A stretch of 63,572 nt of DNA, counting the filler, from Thraustochytrium aureum (Eukaryota): the NCBI GenBank assembly GCA_012862495.1. It is 6 parts of 5 records of this genome, joined end to end, with 100 filler letters (N's around TTAATTAATTAA, not from the genome) between each part and the next. Parts side by side here need not be neighbours in the genome. Positions count along the whole stretch, not along the records: positions 56,397 to 62,055 come from BLSG01000373.1; positions 62,156 to 63,572 come from BLSG01000391.1; 4 more parts are not named here. One strand, 5' to 3'. Position 1 is the stretch's first letter. Each line of letters opens with the position of its first letter. The translations under genes and the position numbers were made by a program. The notes below the pieces were generated by a model, which ran no database searches, was not told the origin of the DNA, and was given only the letters and a program-made list of their open reading frames with translations. Positions 56,848 to 63,572 of this stretch are shown piece by piece.

Positions 56848-59800
56848 TCACTTGCGCAGCTTGAGCTCCTCGTCGAGCTTGCGCGCCCCCTGGTCCATGA
56901 AGCCGATGACCTTGTGCGCCGGGAGCCCGAGCTGCTCTGCGAGGGCGCAGAGCTTGGCGATGTCGTGATTGCCCGAAAACGTCACCTTCTCCGTCGTGCT
57001 CGGCGAAGACGCGTTGGCCTGGTCGCGGTAGTAGGAGGTGACGTTGTCCGTCAGCTTTTTGAGGTCTGCGAGAGCATTGGCGTCCAGGTCCTTGGGGGAG
57101 CCCGGCGGCTTGGCCTCGGCAGTGCTCTGCGACATGAGGTCGTCCTCAGCATGTCCAAGCTGGCAGAACACCTCGTCCTTGAGCAAAGCCGCGGTGGACA
57201 GTCGCTTGTCCGGGTTGCGGTCAAGCGAGACCATGATGACCCGCGCGAGCTCGCAGTCGAACGGCTGCGGGATCTCCGGGAAGGGCTCCTCGCGAATGGC
57301 CCTGTTGAGCCCCCAGTACCCGTTGCCTACCTTGAAGGGGAAACGCCCGAGCGCGCAGGTAAGGAGCGAGAGCCCGAGGGACCACATGTCAGCCTTGAAC
57401 GAGTACTCCTCCCCGCAGATGCGCTCCGGCGACATATACTGAAAGGTTCCCAGGTAGGTGCTGCAGCAGTCCTCGCTGCCGTTGATGTCGCGCGAGATGC
57501 CAAAGTCGGCGATCTTGACCACGCCATTCTCCCGGTCGGTCACGAGCAGGTTGCTCGGCTTCAGGTCGCGGTGCAGAAACCCGAGCGAGTGAAGGTAATC
57601 GAGCCCGCGCAGGCAGTGCAGGGCGATGCGGCCGAGCCAGCCCGATTCAATCGGCTTGCCCGTGTCCACAACGTCCTGCAGGGAGCCCCCCTTGAGGAAC
57701 TCGAACACCATCGACGTGGTCCCCGCGCGCGGGTTGTAGAACGAGTCGTAAAACTTGACGACGTTCGGGTGGTTGAGCCCGAACAGCAGCAGGTCGAGTT
57801 CTCGGCGCATCTGCTTGCGCTGGGATTTGTCGTTGACGACGACCTCCTTCACGGCCACGATGCGCAGCGAGGGGACGTGGATCGCCTTGAGCACCGTCCC
57901 TCCCGCGCCCTTGCCGAGCGGGCCGATCAGCCGCAGACCGGCTTGCATCTTAACGCGCTTCGAATTCGCCTGTTCCGCCGTGTTGTAGAACACCCCGTTT
58001 CGCATGAGCTTGGTCGCGTCGCGGTCCGCGTCGCGGTTGAGCGCGGCCACGCCAGGGGCGCCCTCCACGCCTGCGGTTCCAATGACCAGCTTGCCGTATT
58101 GCAGGGCGCCGTCTGGCATAAAGTTGTACGACTTTTGAATATCGATCTCGCTCTCGATCGCGCCAATGTCCACGGCAAGGCCGCGTCTGCTTGCGGTCGA
58201 GGGCGCGGTCGAGGGCTGGCTCGAGCGAGCGGAAGAGGGAATGTCCAGTTTGAGCGAAAGGGCGTCGCCGGCCGGCTCGCGGGCGTTGTGGGCGTTGGTC
58301 CGGTTTTCCGCGTCGGGGCCAACGTCGACCTGCAATCTCAGCGCTGCCATCTTGTATTTCAGGGGCTGGGCGCCACCGCTCTTGCGGCTCCCCGTGCCGG
58401 GCTGGGTTCGCAACACGCTCGAGGCGTCGCCTTCCTCCGTGTCGCGGGCACCCGTAGACGAGGTCGCGCTTGACACGGAGACAGTTGACGGCCGTCTGCT
58501 TGAAGAGCCGTACGGCGCCCTTGGTCCTGGTGCGCTCGCACCGCCCAGGCTTCCGACCGATACCAACGAAGATACGGACTCCACGCGCGGCCTGCGCGGG
58601 CCGTCTTGGTCGGTCGAGGCCGAGCGTTGGTGGGCTCGAAGACGGCGCGAGGTGGCAACCGCCGCGGCGGCTGGCGAGGCCGCGCGTGGGGTGTTGCTGA
58701 ATTGAGAATGCGCGAGCGGCGGGCTCTGCAACGGCCCGTTCAGGAGGACGCTCGACTCGTCGTGGAGCGCTTTGACCGGCTGTCGCTTTTCCTCCTTGGC
58801 AGTCACGCCGGGGCTTTGCGAGGCGCCGGGGAGCGGCGCCGTGAGGAGCCGCTTGCGGGTCGAGCGATTGCCCTTGGCGGCGCTTGGCACCGCACTCGAG
58901 GCCATGCGGTCGCCGCCATCAGCGGCGTCCCCGAAGCCGGACTGTATTTTGGCTTGGCGCGCCCTCGCAAGTTCCTCGCGTTGCCAGTTGCGAGAAGCGC
59001 CGCTCAAGGCGGGCCGCTCGCGCTCCATGTACATGCGCGGCTGGTCGCTCTGCGGGTACTGTTTGGAGATCGGGCGGCTTGGGGGCGTACTGGGCGGGNN
59101 NNNNNNNNNNNNNNNNNNNNNNNNNNNNNNNNNNNNNNNNNNNNNNNNNNNNNNNNNNNNNNNNNNNNNNNNNNNNNNNNNNNNNNNNNNNNNNNNNNNN
59201 NNNNNNNNNNNNNNNNNNNNNNNNNNNNNNNNNNNNNNNNNNNNNNNNNNNNNNNNNNNNNNNNNNNNNNNNNNNNNNNNNNNNNNNNNNNNNNNNNNNN
59301 NNNNNNNNNNNNNNNNNNNNNNNNNNNNNNNNNNNNNNNNNNNNNNNNNNNNNNNNNNNNNNNNNNNNNNNNNNNNNNNNNNNNNNNNNNNNNNNNNNNN
59401 NNNNNNNNNNNNNNNNNNNNNNNNNNNNNNNNNNNNNNNNNNNNNNNNNNNNNNNNNNNNNNNNNNNNNNNNNNNNNNNNNNNNNNNNNNNNNNNNNNNN
59501 NNNNNNNNNNNNNNNNNNNNNNNNNNNNNNNNNNNNNNNNNNNNNNNNNNNNNNNNNNNNNNNNNNNNNNNNNNNNNNNNNNNNNNNNNNNNNNNNNNNN
59601 NNNNNNNNNNNNNNNNNNNNNNNNNNNNNNNNNNNNNNNNNNNNNNNNNNNNNNNNNNNNNNNNNNNNNNNNNNNNNNNNNNNNNNNNNNNNNNNNNNNN
59701 NNNNNNNNNNNNNNNNNNNNNNNNNNNNNNNNNNNNNNNNNNNNNNNNNNNNNNNNNNNNNNNNNNNNNNNNNNNNNNNNNNNNNNNNNNNNNNNNNNNN

Positions 59801-60868
59801 NNNNNNNNNNNNNNNNNNNNNNNNNNNNNNNNNNNNNNNNNNNNNNNNNNNNNNNNNNNNNNNNNNNNNNNNNNNNNNNNNNNNNNNNNNNNNNNNNNNN
59901 NNNNNNNNNNNNNNNNNNNNNNNNNNNNNNNNNNNNNNNNNNNNNNNNNNNNNNNNNNNNNNNNNNNNNNNNNNNNNNNAAACTGCTGCGCCTGCTGCCT
60001 GCGCTGGAAGGACCTGCTCCCGCCGGCTGCGCTCCCATTGTTGTTATTGTTGCTGTTGTTGGTTCCATCTGGTGTTGGGGTGCCCTGGACGAACGGCAGG
60101 TCACTGCAGGACTGCCGGCGACAGAGGATGGGGACGCGCGGCGAGCCGCCGAACGCGCTCTGCTGGCCATTCCCGTCCCCCGAGTCCATGGAGAGGCGCG
60201 CTAAGCTGAGCGGTACGCCGTGCTGGCCGCTCAAGCCAGAGTCAGCGCGCGACTTGCGAGCGACGCGCGTGAACGACGTGGACGCTGTGGCCGGGGTGGA
60301 GGACTCTGACATCGCAGAGGAAGTCCTCTGCGCTTGGTGGAACATGTCGGGGCTGCGGTTGCCCCAAATCCGTGGCGGGGCTTGGGACGTTGGCCCGCCG
60401 GCCAGAGGGTGCGGCTGGGCCTGGTTCGGAAAAGTCAAAGTCGCTCATCGACCGCTGCCTGATGGGCCGCCTTGCGGCCAGGCCGCGCCGAAGCGTGTTT
60501 TCTGCGGACTCAAAGTTTTCGCCGTTGTCGAACGAGCTGCTGCTGATGCTGATGCTGCGGCTGCGGTGGAGGCCGACCGCCTGCGAATGCTCTGTTGCGG
60601 CGCGCTCGGCCTCGCAGAGGTCCACGATGCGGTTTAGGATGCGCTCGCGGTGAAGCTTGCGCTGCACGCCGAGCTCGTTGATGAGCGTCTCGTGGTCGAG
60701 GACGAGGAGTAGGTTGCCGTCGACCTTGTTGTCCGAGAACTGCGCGACGTATTCGCCCATCTCGACTTCCTCCAGCCACTCGCCCACGTCCCTGACGTCC
60801 ATCATGCGCACGACCCTGTACCCAGCGGACCCAGAGGACTGGCCCTTCTCCTCTCGCATGACCGTCAT
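56848..60868 (-). CDS. MAP kinase kinase (STE7 family) with N-terminal SAM domain and long disordered linker (gap; indel at ~60430)
   Basis: Kinase: LGKGAGGTV, VAVKE, HRDLKPSN, DFG, TYLGTFQYMSPER, DMWSLG. SAM: DVGEWLEEVEMGEYVAQFSDNKVDGNLLLVLDHETLINELGV..HRERIL. Confidence 0.85.
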
Positions 60869-61180
60869 CTCGCGTTGCTCGCCCTGCCAGGTGCAGCAGG
60901 GCCGTTTCCGTCGCTTCCGCCAGCCGAGCAAGAGGCCCGCTTTGCGGCCAGCCGGCCGGCCACAAAGCCCTGTCGGCACAGCGCGCGCGGGTTGGCTGCG
61001 GGACCAGGCGTCGCAGCGCTCGAGATGCTGCCGCTGGCCTCTACGGGACTGCCGGGACGAGAGGACCTTTCGCCTGCGCGCCCTGAAGTTGTTCTGCTGC
61101 TGCTTGCCCGAGTCCCACACCACGTATGGCTCTGTCTCTGCCTCTCCCTCCGTCCCCAACCACCTTTTTCGCGCTCCAAG

Positions 61181-61240
61181 TAAAATAAATAAATAAATAA
61201 ATCCAAAAACTAAAGACAAAATAAATAAATAAATTGTAAA
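61181..61240. repeat. (AAAT)n AT-rich tract
   Basis: Read directly, upstream of the SAM-MAP2K gene. Confidence 0.7.
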
Positions 61241-62099
61241 ACCAGAACAGAACAGTTTTGTGCTTGTGAAAAACAAAGCTTACAACAACTGCTTGCTTTT
61301 TTTCTCTGTTTTTATTCAAGTCTTTGGGCCGGCTGCGCTTGTTGGAGAGGAGGTGATTCTGAACTGACCCGGAGGAGAAAATGAACTGGAGTTGGAGGAG
61401 ATGAACGCGAAATGGGGCAATGAACGGAAAGCGGAGGGGAGGGAGAGGAGGAAGAAGGAAGAAGCGCGCATTCGTCACTTGGTTTTGTTCTGAGGTGCTC
61501 ATGCCAATTCATCCTACGGTGGTCTATGGGCAAGGCAACGTCCGTGCTCTTCATCACAGCACCTTCCTTTCAAGCTCCGCGTCATTTCATTCAATAGAAC
61601 TTCTCCTCTTGTCCATGTTCCCTTCTCTACCTTCGTCCCTTCAACATGAACCACTTCTATCTCCTCTCGGCATATCACGGCGCCGAAAACGCCTGTCTCG
61701 GTATATCACCGCGCCAGACCCGCGCACCTCGGACTATCTAGGGGTTGTTGATCAAGAGTCGGCCGCCGCTGTCGAGGGCAGCAGAGTGGCGTTAGCGGCC
61801 GGATTTCGTCCCAAAAGCCTTTTTTTGAAGTTTTTCACTTTTTACTTTAGCAGTGCTTGCGGAGCGGAGTCCCTCTCCTCACGGCCAGATCTGGGCTGCG
61901 AGGAGTTGGCCTGTTTCCGACGCAAGCGGGCTGTGAGGGGGCGAGGAAACGGCCGAGGCCCTCCCAGCGCCCGCTGAGAGGGCGCGCGGTTGACCGACAC
62001 AGACAGCTTTTGTTAGTCAGATCCGCAAAGTCTTCCACGTAGAGGAGTGGGTACCNNNNNNNNNNNNNNNNNNNNNNNNNNNNNNNNNNNNNNNNNNNN

Positions 62100-62111
62100 T
62101 TAATTAATTAA
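62100..62111. other. Artificial scaffold linker TTAATTAATTAA
   Basis: N44-flanked six-frame stop linker. Confidence 0.97.
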
Positions 62112-62668
62112 NNNNNNNNNNNNNNNNNNNNNNNNNNNNNNNNNNNNNNNNNNNNTCAAAAGATGTGAAATATAGCAGACTCCTTTGAGGGATTGATCCG
62201 GTAAATCCGGTACCTTGCTCGTTGCGCTTCCTCGTTCGGAGCCCATCAACGAGTCTCCCAAGGCTACTTCGCGGTCGCGCAACAGCGTGCGGTGGCAAGA
62301 AGGTCGCCACACGCGCATTGATACTGCTTGGTCTAGAGGTTGGCTGGCTGGCTTCACGGTCCTACCAAGACCGCGAGGCTACTGATTCAGTCCCTCAGTT
62401 TTCTTTTTTTTGATTGAAAGAATTGGATGTGACGCGAGTTGGAAGTGACGCGAGTCGTCAACAGGCAGGCACGTGGCGGTTTTTAAAACTAAACTCAGTT
62501 GCTCTCTAGCTCTACTAGTCTACAGTAGAGCTCGAGCTAGCTAGCTCTGGAGTAGAGTTTCTATCTGAGAGAACAGCCGCGTGGACCGCCCTCGAGCCAC
62601 CTGCCTTTCTGCGCCCGGATTCATCCTACCTGACCCGCTTTGATCTCACAGGTGGACTACAGAACGAC

Positions 62669-63412
62669 CTAATCGACCTTGAGAGGCTCGATGAGCTCGG
62701 CCATGTCGGTGACGAACCAGTCGGCCCCGTCGCGAACGACGTCGCGCACAGCGATGCCACCAAAGCCGATGAAGGCGTCCGCAGGCGGGCGCGCCTCCAT
62801 GTCCGTCGCGCCGTCCCCAACCATAAACACCGGGCGGTAGCCGTGCGTCGTCTTGAGATGCTCGACAACCTTGGCCTTGCCGCCGGCACGCGAGGTAGGC
62901 TCCGCCGTGTCGAAGCCCGCAAAGGTCCCGTCCGCCTTGAACAGCAGGTTGTTGGCGAAAATCCTCGAGTCGGGGATGCCCAGCACGCTGGCGAGCGGGT
63001 TGATCATCTGCCTAAACCCGCCAGACACGAGGTACACGTCGACATTGCGCTCGTGCAGCGTGTCGATCAGTTCCTTGATGCCGGGCGTCAGCTCGAGCGG
63101 GTGCTTGGCGTTGCACTCCTTGATGTCCGCCACCGACGGCTTGAACAGCTCGAGGCGCGCGGACAGCGCCTCGTGGAACGGCACGGTGCCGCCCATCGCC
63201 TTGGCCGTCCAGGCGGCGACGGCCTCGCCAGCGCCGCAGTGGTCGGCCAGCACATCGATGCCTTCCTCGGTCACGACAGTGCTATCGACATCGAAGCACA
63301 CCGCCTGCGCCTTGCGCCACATCGCCACGACCTCGTCCTTCGCCATTCTCGTGGTGCCACTGGAGAGGGCACGACGCGCGAGAGCCGCGCCGCTGGACTT
63401 GCCGACCATCAT
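62669..63412 (-). CDS. PSPH: Phosphoserine phosphatase (HAD family) with probable mitochondrial presequence
   Basis: FDVDST, EGIDVLA, AMGG, LVSGGF, GGKA, MVGDGATD, FIGFGG. Confidence 0.95.
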   Translation of the reverse strand: MMVGKSSGAALARRALSSGTTRMAKDEVVAMWRKAQAVCFDVDSTVVTEEGIDVLADHCGAGEAVAAWTAKAMGGTVPFHEALSARLELFKPSVADIKECNAKHPLELTPGIKELIDTLHERNVDVYLVSGGFRQMINPLASVLGIPDSRIFANNLLFKADGTFAGFDTAEPTSRAGGKAKVVEHLKTTHGYRPVFMVGDGATDMEARPPADAFIGFGGIAVRDVVRDGADWFVTDMAELIEPLKVD

Positions 63413-63469
63413 TTTTCTTTCGCGCTCCCGCCTGCCTGCCTCGCCTGGGCCTCCTGCTCCCGCGTCCGC

Positions 63470-63478
63470 GTCCGCCGC

Positions 63479-63511
<33 letters not shown>
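63470..63511. repeat. (CCG)n/(CTG)10 trinucleotide repeat
   Basis: Read directly. Confidence 0.9.
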
Positions 63512-63572
63512 GACTGCGCCGTGGAGGTTCGTTGGTTGGGGCTCTGGGCGAGGGGGGGATGGGAGGGACGGG

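Noticed and set aside
56752..58473. Long antisense ORFs (also 31490-33298, 53391-54395, 6727-7479)
   Set aside because: Shadow ORFs of real genes in high-GC DNA, with no motifs.
1..63572. tRNA, rRNA or snRNA genes
   Set aside because: No recognisable cloverleaf or rRNA signature was seen by eye; a covariance-model scan would be needed to exclude them.

Overview
GC-rich, intron-poor eukaryotic DNA. The gene content (myosin, class C GPCR, DCAF7, Myb, MAP2K, USP) points to a heterotrophic protist, plausibly a stramenopile such as a thraustochytrid; this is an inference. The window is not contiguous: five artificial N44-TTAATTAATTAA-N44 linkers (17021, 29224, 49988, 56341, 62100) join six scaffolds. 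There are many internal N gaps, and homopolymer indels split real genes, probably as sequencing error. About 24 genes can be supported. The most unusual are (1) a PHD-finger protein fused to a phage/bacterial-type N6-adenine DNA methyltransferase-like domain (40.7-43.7 kb); (2) a piggyBac-like transposase scaffold carrying an internal YqaJ/lambda-exonuclease-like domain and a SAP-like motif, apparently catalytically dead and abutting a tandem ZnF-UBP ORF (0.3-5.2 kb); (3) an intronless CmcI-methyltransferase + PhyH-dioxygenase + aldo-keto reductase triple-enzyme fusion (29.3-32.8 kb); and (4) a SAM-domain MAP2K. Also seen: decayed CRE-like non-LTR relics, a duplicated orphan gene, and recurrent TA-rich intergenic palindromes. 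All domain calls come from motif recognition by eye; no searches were run.
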